The translations under genes were made by a program, and so were the position numbers. Positions 27,301 through 39,819 of a DNA stretch of 64,000 bases are shown here, piece by piece. This DNA comes from Phoronis australis (Eukaryota; Animalia; Phoronida). Below the pieces are notes generated by a model. That model saw only the letters and a program-made list of their open reading frames with translations. It searched no databases and was not told the DNA's origin. The stretch is taken from assembly GCA_002633005.1 (NCBI GenBank), contig NMRA01000777.1:33879-97878 (forward strand), read 5' to 3'. The stretch's first letter is position 1, and each line of letters begins with the position of its first letter.

Positions 27301-30300
27301 GTTCGAGCCCCCCCCCTGGGTGCGCCCATGCTACTCAAATGTCAATATCGGAACATCACAAAATTTTCAGCATTGTTTTCAACTATCACTAAAATATTTG
27401 GTATTTTGGGGTTTCCATATTATTCCACTTTTTCCTATAATGTTATTGGCTTACCAAGTTTCCACAGTGGTTTTTGTCTAGCTAAGAATTTTCCAAATTT
27501 CTCCGGATCCTCCAACACTTGTCGATAGTCAAAGGCTTCATCTGTTGCAGCTAATCCAGCCTATTAAATTATATATGTACAAAAATAGGAAGTGTCATTT
27601 TGCTACTTGAGCCATTTTTTAAACCGAGGTAATCATTTCTTACCCGGATGAACTTTCGGAAAACAGGGGCTCCCATTTAAGTTCAACCAAGTACCCGTTG
27701 CGTAGACACGATACACTCAAACGAACGCAAGATCACACGATTTTTCGTGAGATATTGCCAGGTATTACAATCGAAGCAAGTAAGCACATGCTCAGTTGCA
27801 TTGTTTTCAGTTCTATATTGGCATGAAGTCTAGATAAATATCGTGTCCTTATATACATTATGCTTTTGTAATGCAAATTCACTCTCACTGTATCAAACCT
27901 AATGCTCGATTTCAAACATCAACTTGCAGCGATATCGGTAGAGTCTTCCGTAGAAACCCCCACTCGATGAAACGCCCATGGGAGTTTATTCGGAAAATTA
28001 TGCCCGAATAAACCCCCATGGGCGTTTAATTGTTCTTACAACTCCTGGTGTCAAGTATCCAGCGTCAATGTTTTTGTCATAAATTCAGTTTTGCGAGCAT
28101 TTATCATTTACAAAAACAGGCGTTGGCGAACTATGCATTTATTAACATAAAATTTAAAAACTTTGCGTTAAGTAAAAATGTCAATGTCAGCAAAACTATG
28201 ACTTTCCGTTTACACGCCCCTCCTCCCTTCACCTTCCGAATACACGCCCGGACGTTTATTTGGTGTTACTAAATTATCTGATCAATTCCATTTCCCGAAT
28301 ACGCGCCCATGGGCTTATCTACGGAAAATCCAGGTAAAGGTGAACTTCTATTGACACACTGATGCAAACTGTAATGTACTTAAGGACAAAACCAAGGAAA
28401 TTTGCGTTGAGCTCCTCCTTAAGTTGACAACAGAAATCTCCAAGATCATCTTGAAGCCGGATTAGCGTAGGTCCACAAATATTGTGTTTCAGGCCCGGAT
28501 GTCAAGATCTTTGCTTTTTTTCTGGTATAAATATTGAAAATCTGATTGGTTTGGAATGAGAAGTAATTGAGTGTGAAAATAAACTAAAGTGCTGTTTTTT
28601 TCAAAAATCCTTGTTTTTATCTCACACTGTCCAGTTGGCAAAGTTCATCGGATTGTTCTAAGGCCCCTCGATCCCCACATCCCACGATACCCTCGACCCA
28701 CAACCCCCACGACCCACAACCCCCACGACCCACAACCCCCTCGACCCATGACCTGAGGCAATACATGTATCTTTGCGCTTTTTACATGTTTCATAATCAT
28801 ATTACGTCGCTGAGTGACATACCTACATGCGAATCTGTTCAGGCTCAAGTCTGCTGGTTAAAAACAGAAAGTGATGTGTGAACATGATCTGAAATAGCGG
28901 ATTGTTAATGTGCTATCGTTGTCACGGAAATAGTTCCACGAGGGGTTACCAATGGCCATGTCCAACTAAACTTAGGGAGTTCGTTAACGAGAATGTGCAG
29001 AATTTCACATTTTTATTATTTGCTTTCTGTTGTATACTCGTTAACAACATACTCCATACAACGTCGATTACCTAAACAGTTTGTTTTCTTTTGAAACTCT
29101 ATTTACTGAAATAATTACATATTCGTCGGGTTCTCGCACTCTCCCAAAAAGTCTGAATCTGCCATTCATTAAAGAACAGACGAGACGATTACACTCTGTC
29201 GGGAACGACATTTGTATCGTCATTAGGTCTTTGATTTGATTTGGTCGTGTTGTTTTTTTTTCTATTTTTGACTTTCAAACTTGCCTAAATTGACTCTCTT
29301 AATTTAAAAAAACAAAATAACAGGGAAAAGACAACCAAGCTGACGACCAGACTCGTAAGTCTTGCAAGTCAGCGCATATATGTTCAGACAGAGTCGAGCT
29401 TGTGTAGACTGGGTCGGCGAGGGAGTTGTGTGTCGTGAATCGAGGGAGTCGTGGGTCGAGGGGGTTGTGAGTCGACGGGTTTTGGGGTCAAGGGGGTTTT
29501 AGAACAAGCCAAGTTCACCAACAGAATCAGCGCATGGGTTTACATCAAGAACGTATGAGTGAATGTGATGTGTTGGTTTTCAAAATTCCGCGTTACAGTT
29601 TGTGTGTCAGTGGGAAGCATTAATTAACGCTATTGGCTTACACAACGGAAATACTGGGTGTACTCTGTGTTTTAACGTTCTGCCATTTCGCCTACAGTTC
29701 AACATTCCCACGCAGCATGCTTAAGTGCACAGCGCACGAAAGGGTCCTTTCTTCTTTTTAAGCCCTTTTGGGGAGTAAGGGGCACCCTTTTCACTACATC
29801 CACTCCGTTGGCTTACACATCATGCTAACTGTTTAAATTTCTCAACAGTATTAGGAACCCTTTCAAGTTTTTCCTTCTGCAGGTAGGTTAGCTTTTTTCG
29901 CTTGGTTTCCAAGACATTCTGAATGTCGTTCTTCAATTTGGTGCAAGGATTTTGAGCTGTGTACCAGCCGGGAATATCGATGGCTTCTTGTCATCGACCC
30001 TCTCATACACGCTATTTTATTATATATTATGTGTGTAATACAACCTGGTGACTTAGCAGTTCTTTCACTTTTACATTCTCTTTTCCGTTGGCTGCAAATT
30101 CTGGCCAGTAGGTGGCGACAGTTTGCTCGTAGTCGAGGAAGCCCCTAAAAGTAAGAGAATTTAAACTGCCCTGTTTGTGAGGTTCTTCAACAAAAATCGA
30201 ACTAAGCATTGTACTTTCAAAAAATCAGTCTCATGATATTCATTATTATGACAGGATTCTATTCCCATTGCAAACCCAATCCATAGGCAATACTCACATG

Positions 30301-33300
30301 TGAATACGCCGTTAGCGAATTCACAATTTTAAATGGTCAACCCCAGTATAGATTGAGAAGTGTTTTCTTGAGTAGCTGATGGTTCCCATGTTCTTGGTCG
30401 TAAGAAATATTATGAGACCAGTTTAATTCTATTTTCGTTTTGTTAGCCAGCTAACCATAGGGAAACACAGCTTTAATATGCACGACGTGACCCAGGGGCG
30501 GGGGCTCGCGGGGGGTGGAACGAGCCCTCCATTTGAGCAAGTGGGTAAAAAGGTCCGCCTAGGAGAAACAAAAACACCGAAAAAGTAGAAAACGAGACAA
30601 AATTCCTCTAAAAATGCAAAAACAACAAAAATTCGGCGAATGCACAATTCATAGCTCTGAATTTCTTAGTAAAAGGTCTCATTCTCAAAACTTCGTGATC
30701 CCCATTTTTAGTCTGGGTGCGTCCATATTTAAGCTTACTCGTTGGCCGTTATACCCGGCGAGAGCTATAAATCATGCGACCGTCTAAATGCTAGTACAGG
30801 TCTCAGTGTAAAACCTTAACCTATGATAAAGGGCCACTTTAAAAGACATGACTGGTCTCATCTGAGCCAGAAACGATATCATATTCAAGCTACTTGCCAC
30901 CGACCTGTCAACCAACATCGCCACCATCACAGCTCCAAAGAACTTGGTTCCCGACCAGAAGTGCGCAATCGTGTCCTTCTTCCATGGCAACATAAATTCT
31001 TCGTCTGCATATCCACCCCATATGTTTACAACCAGTTTCCCTGAAAGAGGATGCCAGAACACGTGCAGCTGTATCCCGCTGCATAATCAGTAGTGTAGAT
31101 AACATGCGCAAAATTGAACAGAATTGCATGATTAAATCTCAGACAACAATTTAACAGTTGTCCGGGGCTTTTTCGTCGAGAATATTTCCATTTTCTTACG
31201 TGAACATAATTGTCTTTTACTTTTTCCCAAAATCTGATTATCTACTTTCCCGACTATTGAACCATGTGATCATCAGGTACTCTCTGGTTCCCTACATGCC
31301 GCTAGGTGGTCAGTAGCCAGCACGCAGTTATCACTTAATTTTCCTCGGGAATTTTTTTACACCAGCGTTTCTGATTGGCTAGTCGAATTCTCAACAGGTA
31401 GCGCTTTACGCAAACAAACTGGCATCATAGATACTCTGTAGTCTATGCTGGCATGGCCGATGGACTGAAGTGCAAACGTGGTCTGTTGTACAGATAAATC
31501 GTTGCTTAAAATTTATGTTCAGGAAATGTGAATCCTAGAAATTGTGGTTGCGCCTTTTCGGAATGCATCTTTCTACAGTCGATGACTTTTATTTTTTATG
31601 ATACTGTCCTGTATTCATACAGTATGAATAACACACCGGTTAAATCGGCCAGATGTATGTTTATTGTACATGTATGTGCTTCAAGCACGAGTCTATTAAA
31701 CATCACTGCTGAAACGAAATAGTTGCCGCGACGCCACTTGCTTGACAAGGCTAAAAATCGTTCACAGTCCGTCATTTTTTCACGGTGTTGTAAAGCTACA
31801 GTCAAGTGACCTAATTATCGGACGTTTTGGCACATTTTGCAAAGTATTTAATTGAAAATACTACTGATTGTTGTAAATTCTTTGCTGAAATAAAGATTTA
31901 CCTTCACGGAATTGTTCTGTTACTATATCTTGTCACTGAAAGCCACATTTATGTTCCGACTGATCTTCAAAAAACACAACAACCAAACCTTCGGAGAACC
32001 TAAATATCGGACACCATGTTTCTCCATACGCAACACCGCGGAAAACTGACTAACCATGTAATGGCCGCGGGCACCTTGTCGCCAAATTTCAGCTCGAGTG
32101 TTTTGACATATATGCTGCTAGAACCCAGGTCCATTCGCAACAAAATTATCCATAAAATGAAATCTGATGACGGCGCCAAGTCAGTTCGATGAATTAGTGC
32201 AGACGACTAAAGCACGTGCAAACTCAGGGCAGTTTTTAGTATCACTTTGGCTTCTTGACATGACACTCGCACGTGCGCTGTCGGGGATTGACTTGAGTTT
32301 AAAAACAAATGAAAAAATGGAACAGTAACATATTGTTAGTTCAATGAGAAAGTTTCATTGTGGAAAAAGATTTTATTTTCAACTTTTACAACCGATTTAT
32401 GCGATCGTCCATTTTAGGCCGACTTGGGGGTCTAAATTGCACCCTCTCTCGGTGAAATCAAAACGAGGCAACGCTGTAAAAAACGAGACGGTGCCGGACA
32501 TTGAATGCATTACAACGGAACAACAATTGGTGTCATTTAATTCTCAGATTATGCTTCAAGTAAGATTTTTTGAAATGTCCGATATTTAGGTTCCGTCCGA
32601 TAATTAGGTACACTATGTGTAATCAATGACTGCTGAGGTTACATCAACCAATGCTAAAGCGCGTGCCACTGCGTGATACCTGTGTGCTGGCCAGGCACTT
32701 AGGGGACCAGCGAGCCATCAGGTACGGCTTTACTCGCATGCAAGCTTATGCCGTGCCAATAATTTTAGAGTTCAAACATATTGACCAGTAACACAGTTCT
32801 CGGGTAGTAATTACTTCCAAAATTGCATGGGTTATCAGGTTATCGAGACGAGAAACTGGGAAAGAAATACAAACCTGCCCGGTTGTACACCAAAGATCAG
32901 CATTTCTGAAAATATAGCTCATCTCGTAGGACAGTTTAACGATAGATTTCTTTCGCAAATAGTTATTTTAGAGGTATGTGCTTCGGCTCCTCGCCTCTTA
33001 TTTTTCACATAATTACCCTCTGGATAAGATTGGTCCTTGGTCTTTGTTAGCACTGCGCACCGCAAGGCTATTTTCACGAAACTAAAATCTGATTAGATCA
33101 CTCTCGATTTCAATTAACTTTGACTGGAAGTCTTTGCTGTTTTACTGCTCATGTCATAGCTAATAGCCACTCCTATAGTACTCAAAAATAACCCTCAAAA
33201 TGCATTTTCGGCAGTTAGACCTTTTGTGTAATTTTAAGACCATCTCACACAAAGATGGATGCTGGAGACATACGGGTCATAACCCTGTCACGGAAGAGCT

Positions 33301-36300
33301 CAGCCGATTTACTATTTGACTGGTAAAAATGCAACACTCTAAACAATGTAGATGGAAACAGCTACCTGTGAATAATAGACTGGATATGAATACACTGCCA
33401 AACTGCAATGATCTCCCTTTCATTTTTTGTCCTAGCTATGTAAGATATAGGTCATCTGGCATTTGCCGTAAGAAAACACGGCCGTCATTGGGGAAGTTTG
33501 AACATGAGGCCAAAGTAAATTGCAGTGGTAGTATGATTTAATTTACTTTACTTGCAAGAGTAAAGTATCAAATAAGAACAAAAAAAGTTTATTGTCAGCT
33601 AAGTCTGTACTTGTTGGTTTTTCTCGTATTTTCACTGAAAAGTTATCATCCCCAGCTCTCGCTGAAAACTGTAGGTTGGCTGTTTACTCATGAGAACCAC
33701 AAATCTTGCCCAGAGTTATTTTAATTTTCTTTCATAAAATAAACTTAGAATATTTTTGCGTATGTTTTGATAGACGCGATGTTGTGCTGGTGCGCGTCTG
33801 GTCAATACTACCCAGAAACTGGCTCCACCTACCTTTATAATACAACGCAAATGAAGCTCCGGGCTCTTTACCACTTTCAATGTTTTTCCTGTAACCAAAA
33901 CAACAACTTTACGTTGAAAGGTCACTAATTCCGGTGCAGAAGTAGAAACTACCGCAGGTTCTACAGTAGTTACGTGTAGTCCTTCTAATACGACAACTAT
34001 TGAAAGCCACAACGGAAAAATGCCTAAAACAGGAATACTTAATTCTCGTTGTTGATAAAATAAATTCACTAAGATTTCTCTTTTCACTCCAGAAATTACT
34101 ACATACTACAAAATACAAATAATATCACTTGCACCAAGAAATTGTGGTGAGAAAGTTAATGTGCCACAAAAAATAACACACCAGCGAAATTTGACTACTG
34201 CAGAATAAAAATCACGTTGCAAACTAAATCTTACATGCCAGAAAAACGTAACCACTTAGGACAGGAGGAAGTAACCACGAAAATGATTACGTCACTCACT
34301 TGAAAATGGCTGAGCCAGATGGCGAATGCTTTAGACAATGAAATAAATATACGTGAGTTGAAGTCAGTGGTTTACGACTAGCAGAGTAGTCCTCCGTCTT
34401 GGTGATGTAGAAAGTGAGTTGAGCTGTCTGTACATGTATACTGTAGTCGGTGGGCCAGAATTTGTAGGGCCTCTAGAAAATGGTTTTTGTGGGTACTTTA
34501 GGGGGGCAATTTTATTTTGGTGTTTTTTAATTCATTTATTAGAGTGTTTTCAAAATCTAAAAAGTTCCCACATATAAAGTTGCACATTTTTGAGAAATTT
34601 GAGTTTGAAGTTACCTAATAATCACCAAAGAGTTTAGTAAACTTATATTTGTAAAAACAACAGTTTTGTGACTTTTTTGTAAAACAAGTAATATGGTCCC
34701 ATCAGTGCCATTGTACTGAACAATATTACACTCACATTACATGTTTTACTATTGTAGATTAATTGTAAACAGTGAAATTTAAAAAATATAAAGAGACACC
34801 TAGTGGCAAAAATGCAAACTAAGTCTGAATGTTGCTAGGAAGTTATTCTGGCATTCTCTGGCAACAAAAATAACACAAAACACTTGAGACTGGGCAGAAT
34901 TTGTGCCTCAATGACTAAAACATTGACTAATGGTGTAAAATACAGCTTGTTTGCATAATACACCAGAAATACGTTATAGTACAAAAACAATATAGTTGAA
35001 TGATCTCTGTGAATGTGCACACAGACTGTATGAAAATAATAGATTATTCTGACAGCGTTTATCAAGCAGTATGAGACAAATACATGACAATGATCAAAGT
35101 ATGTACATTCTATGACTTAATCAACAAATAAAATTAACTTTTTAATACAAAAAAAACGAAATAAAGGGGTTGAAGGTCTATAGGGTTGACTTGTTAAAGA
35201 ACTATCCAATATTATGCAGTCAGTGTTGCTGATGTTACTACAGTTGTCACAGCTGCACATTTCTGTACAGTTTGACCCAGCATTGCAGCACAAACTCAGT
35301 TTCCCAGCACACATGTTCTTTTTGCACTTGCAGCGTTCATCGTTTAGTACTGTAGTCTATCCTGTTTCTGAGTATAAGACGATGGTCTGGTACTTACCGT
35401 GTATTAATGAGTGGGTATACGGCATGTAGAACTGGGCAGGTAGAGTTTATGACTAGTGACCTTTGTCATGTTTATTTTGTGGCGAGGTGTTGTCAATACA
35501 TATGTACTAGTATCAGAATTGTGTGCCAGTTTAAGTCGAATCCAACTGAATAGAGGGACTAAATTAGAGTTGGTTGAAATCTGACTTTTGCTGAAGTGGA
35601 GTGCACACACCAGAACAGTAATTAATTCCCAACCAGACATATCCCGTTTATTTAACTGTTTTTTTTTTACTGCGTAATGGCGATATCTTTTAAATATATC
35701 GAAACTTTATTGTTGGAAATGATTTCCGTATCTCAATGTGTTGTTTCTGTAAGTGTAAAGATATTTTTGTTGTTCTTCTCCTTCTTGATGGCCAATAGGA
35801 TTAAAGTGTGCGCTTGTTATTAACAGAAAAAATCTGCGATTCCGCACATCATGGTCGGATCCAAGGGGTACTGTACACTGATTGGACGTGTAAAACTTAA
35901 TATTGCGAACGCCTTTTTAAAACTCTAGATCCTCCTATATACATGTATTGCAGTTGTCGTGTTGTTTTACAACAGAGTCTATGACACCACTGTTTGAATT
36001 TTGAGACTATATAGTTTCAAATTGTACAAACTACTAGTTCACCACACTAAGGTGAATTAGATACTAGGACAAATAATGACCAGAGAGTTACAGAAACGTA
36101 GCGTATCACTGAAGTAACATTTTGTTGAAGCACTTCAGCCCCCCCTACATATGCGTTTTATATGTGAAAAAACGTCTGCATATCGATGTAATTATCATTC
36201 CTCGGTATAACCTGAAGTAGACAATTCCAATCATCTTCCGGGATTTGCCTGGGTCAATTCCAAAATGCATACTTCGACCTCCGGCTTCGGCCGCAAGCAG

Positions 36301-37565
36301 TGGTCTTCGAAATTTCAGTTAAACAAGTCGAGGTCAAGGAAAGTTCATCAAATTTTGCCGAGTGAGCCCTTTGGAACTATATATTGTGTTGACCTACAGG
36401 ATGAACTGACCGGCACTGACAAAAATAAGCTCCCCTACAAGCCCAGAAATGCAGTGAGTTAATGGCGGGCGCGCCGGAGAGCGGCCCCTTGACAGCTGAT
36501 CGTCTTGTCGGTTTATAAACAACTGAAAAGTAGGTTCTATACAATTGTAACGTCGAAAAATGTTAATAACTGTATATTTCCACGTAGTGTAAAGGAAAAA
36601 TTTTCCAAACTTTGTAAACTGTCTACATTTCAGTGATTCTTTTTTCGAATGAGCCGGCAAAATCTCCCAGACCCTAGGAGCACTCCTTGAGAATTTCAGC
36701 CAAAGTACTAGGATAATATGACTGTTTATAAAATATAGAAACGCTTAAAACCCTTTGATAGATTTGTGAAGTTGGTAAAAGGACCTTTAGTAGAATTTCG
36801 AACTAACAAAGTAAATCACTTTACAGGGAACTTTTTAGTTTGAAAAGACAGAAAAACTGAAAGAAATTTGTTAGACTAAACGGCTCACCGTTTCGTCACA
36901 ACAAGGAAACTGGTCCTAAACTTTTGAGTGTCTTGGGTGAGCGTCACGTTCCGTGTACCTCTAATTCAATTGACACCAATCAACTTGAACCGTCGTTCAA
37001 ATTCATCAGCTGGGGGTAATGTGGACATAACCGAACGTTCAAAATAGTTTTCGCCGTTTGGTCTTCAGAGCAAACAGACCGGGTAGAATTTCCTGTACAT
37101 ATGTTGTGGTAACTATGAATGTTCTTGGGAATTAATTTTTTAATCCAAAACACCAGCCGGGGTCATGTGGACATAATCAAATGTTCAAGACTGTTACGAC
37201 ATACAGGCCCGCGGGTAGATATCCCTGAGAGATCCAAAAACTTCATCAACGCAAGATTTGTGAAAGCGTTGTTGAAGTTGTGATAAGACGAAATGGTAAC
37301 TAACTTTGTCCAGTCACACATTCAACATTTCACTGTTTGAGGGACTCTGTTATCCGAGTACCTTATGAGTGCAGTAGACTACACTCATGTAACAACCAAT
37401 CGCGCAATTCTTTCTAACTTACCGGAAGACTTCAAATACTTTCTCAAATCCTGGCTCGACATGGCCACTGTATGTTGGTGGTAATTTGCTTTTCAACAAC
37501 CTTGGAATGAAAGACACGGCAAGTGCCGTTGCCAGTACAAGTAGCGCAGTGGATTTGACGGACAT
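24309..37565 (-). CDS. Beta-lactamase domain-containing protein 2-like serine hydrolase, paralogue A (intact, 9 exons, 426 aa)
   Basis: Exons: 37565-37423, 33888-33833, 31040-30905, 30144-30045, 27560-27455, 26956-26649, 25933-25859, 24911-24741, 24494-24309. All introns are GT-AG with compatible phases; total 1281 nt. N-terminal hydrophobic anchor (MSVKSTALLVLATALAVSF). Motifs: GHVEPGFEKV, GASFALYYKG, catalytic SxxK (FWSGTK), YWPEF..NGK, LLSHQAGL, GYHALTFG, FGHFGYG. Confidence 0.93.
25044..25450. repeat. 16-bp minisatellite (AGATCTACTGTGTCAC) interrupted by a ~276-bp MITE
   Basis: About five units at 25044-25120 and about three at 25399-25450. The insert 25123-25398 has TIRs CCATAGATTATAG / CTATAGTCTATGG. 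Confidence 0.8.
27076..27330. mobile_element. MITE of the (C/T)ATGCGCGCACCCAG family
   Basis: TIRs AATGTGCGCACCCAG / CTGGGTGCGCCCATG. Shares the internal GTGGACCTTTT and GGCGGACCTTTT blocks with the other copies. Absent from paralogue B. Confidence 0.7.
28650..29510. mobile_element. Non-autonomous Mutator-like (MULE/foldback) element with a 9-bp TSD
   Basis: TIRs GGATTGTTCTAAGGCCCCT / GGGGTTTTAGAACAAGCC. Subterminal inverted arrays of CGACCCACAACCCC. Flanked by AAGTTCATC (28641-28649) and AAGTTCACC (29511-29519). The empty site is present in paralogue B at ~51471 (AGGTTCACC). Confidence 0.8.
30477..30727. mobile_element. MITE of the (C/T)ATGCGCGCACCCAG family, 5-bp TSD TTTAA
   Basis: TTTAA at 30472-30476 and 30728-30732. 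The empty site CAGCTTTAAACTTACTC is in paralogue B at ~52411. Confidence 0.75.
31279..32715. mobile_element. Outer TIR element with an ~8-bp TSD (CATCAGGT) hosting a nested MITE
   Basis: CATCAGGT(AC) occurs at 31271 and 32716. Imperfect TIRs ACTCTCTGGTTCCCTACATGCC / GGCACTTAGGGGACCAGCGAGC, plus a second inverted block GCCAGCACGCAGTTATCAC / GTGATACCTGTGTGCTGGC. The empty site CGTCAGGTACGGCTTTACTC is in paralogue B at ~53062. Confidence 0.75.
31799..32619 (+). mobile_element. Tc1/mariner/pogo-type MITE (~820 bp), TA TSD, copy 1
   Basis: TA|CAGTCAAGTGACCTAATTATCGGACG ... CGTCCGATAATTAGGTACACTATGTG|TA. Internal repeats ACCTAAATATCGGACA. A full-length inverted copy lies at 62709-63535. Confidence 0.88.
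34444..35340 (-). mobile_element. 3' fragment of an Academ-like DNA transposon with a Cys8 (CXC-like) zinc-finger remnant
   Basis: The terminus TAGTCGGTGGGCCAG... is shared with a second copy starting at 63832; the two flanks are unrelated. Minus-strand peptide RCKCKKNMCAGKLSLCCNAGSNCTEMCSCDNCSN at ~35335-35235 reads towards that terminus. TAG termini and a C-terminal Cys8 finger are features of Academ (XPG-type) elements. Absent from paralogue B. Confidence 0.6.
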
Positions 37566-38610
37566 TGCAGCAGTGCAGTCGGGGTGAACACGTGAGTTAG
37601 AGTCATCCGATCGGCAGCGATAAGGCACTCGGTATACTTCGTACTCAATTGTGTCAATACGGATCGACCTCCAGGCAAATATCAGTATCCTGGCTGACTA
37701 CACGTAGCGAAACTGCATTGGAAGATAAGGGCGTGAGAGTACCCCGAACCTATTAAAAACTACCGTTTCGGCTGTGTACCGCTGACAGGCTCAAGGCCGA
37801 AACCAATGAGAACTAGGATTCCTCTTTAAATCATATAAATGATAGTATATTTTATTCGATCTGTAAACAACAAATTACAAGACATTAGAAACTAATTAAT
37901 CTAAATAACAATTACTTGTCAAACGCTATTTATAATTCCNCTCCCGTATTCCATTTAACACCTCGGGGGTGCGAATGTCACACAGGCAAAATCCTGGCTA
38001 ATACTCTGCCCTGCCCCCCCCCTGGAATTTTTTACCCTTGACGCTAGTGAGGTTTAAGTCTTTGTGAAATGAACAGAGGGCGCCCTTGTACCTCAGACTC
38101 TGGCGCCAGTGTCACAACTTTCCTTATCCAATCCAAACATTAAGCCAGTTAATCATGAAACAATTAAGTTTATTTGACTGGCGGATACATAATATTGAAA
38201 AATTCTTCATATACAGTTACGTACCAGTTATTGTTTTCGGCTATGGGTTCTTCAGCCTTTGCCAAACTGACTAATTGAAGAAGGAAGCGTGCGCAGTTTT
38301 GTCTTTGAATGACTAGTGCGCAAGCATTCTGGCGCATAATGAAATTATTATTACGACTTCGTTCTTATAACGGACAGGGCATACATGCAGATTTTGTAAA
38401 TATTGAGTACCTTGTGACAAGTTTTGCAATTCGGTACAATGTTAGGTATAAGCAAAGGAAATTCAAAAAACACCGTAACAAACTGTGCTAACCAGCTGGT
38501 AGTCACTATGCACAAAATCCAATATGGCCGCTGCCAAAAATCGAAATTGTGGCATATATCCACTATTATTATCACTAGAACATTTTGTAAAACCATGTTT
38601 TCCATTTTGA

Positions 38611-38885
38611 GGAGCTGCAGTGTGACCTAGTGTGATAGGTGCCCGCTTTCTTTACTGGAGGTCGTAGGTTCGAACCCACTGGGTCACACAGCTAAACCGG
38701 CCCTTGAGTCAGGTTTCCAACTCCGCAGCTCGGTTTTAACTATATATCAAAAAGCATAAAACTGGTTCCAAATGATCAGTGCAATGGGCCCACATGCGCG
38801 GCCTGCGCTGGTCTGGTACAACGTGTATCAGACCACCCGATGAGGATTTTACAATGTTATAAATATTCTTGTTATTTATTTATTT
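38611..38885 (+). mobile_element. tRNA-derived SINE
   Basis: A-box-like GTGACCTAGTGTG (~38622) and B-box GGTTCGAACCC (38667) at tRNA-like spacing. No closing acceptor stem. About 200-bp body ending in a TTAT-rich tail. Confidence 0.65.
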
Positions 38886-39819
38886 TCGAAATATGGTACA
38901 AGTTCAATGCACAATAACTGTCGTTTTCACATTTTTTATCAATTTCAAGTAATGAAGTGTTACATTTAACACTGTTTTCTTTCACTACAGTAAGTTAGCA
39001 ACATAACGCGCACGTACATACACAACAGGTGGTTGTGATTCGCCACGTAAACAGTCAGGGTAAAGTATTCTTAAAATTCCGAAAGAAAACAAAAGAAACT
39101 CACGAAATCGATGCGTATGGGATCATATTCGGTCGAGGTCGATACGCGGAATAATGTCTTGTGGGATATTATTTCATGTACGCCACTCACGATACGTTTT
39201 GTGTATATATTCTTTCCGACCACACGAATACGCTACTGAATACGACCGAAGGTGCAAATTTGTATACGCGTTTTCAAAATCTTTTACGTGCCTTCGCTTG
39301 TCAAGGCGAAATATGCAGTTTGATTACGTCACACGGATATTGGTGAATGTCTGGTGTTGAGTGACAGTCCCCCTGAGTAATTTCTAGTTTAAATTTTGAT
39401 CGCCGTAATGCTTTAATGTAAGTAAATAACGTTTCCATTGTTTTGCATTTATTTTTTTCCGCGAAGTGCTTTCCCGGTGTTTTGTTTCTGGTTTATAAAA
39501 TAATCATAGTAAAACCGACCCCTAATATCTTAGAGCGTCTTGTTTGTTTTGCCAAATATTCTGTATGTGATCAAATCACGCGTGTCCAATCGTTTAGAAT
39601 ATGAGAACGAGTGTGCATCATATGACCGTTTAAATTTGTTGTAAAATATTTGTCACGTGACAAATTTTATGCTGACCTTTTTAAGGTTAGAGATTAGTGG
39701 GATTTCTTCAATCGACTGTGGGAAGTCGCTACTACAAGCAGAGTAAAATCAACCAATGACTGCACGGCTGTGATCCGTTGACCTACTCGTTAAAGAAGCT
39801 AACGTGGTCACCTCCTTCG

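Noticed and set aside
35117-35314. Cys-rich ORF as a metallothionein or tesmin gene
   Set aside because: It lies inside a repeat whose terminus recurs at 63832, and it is absent from the paralogous intron. A transposon Cys8 finger explains it better.
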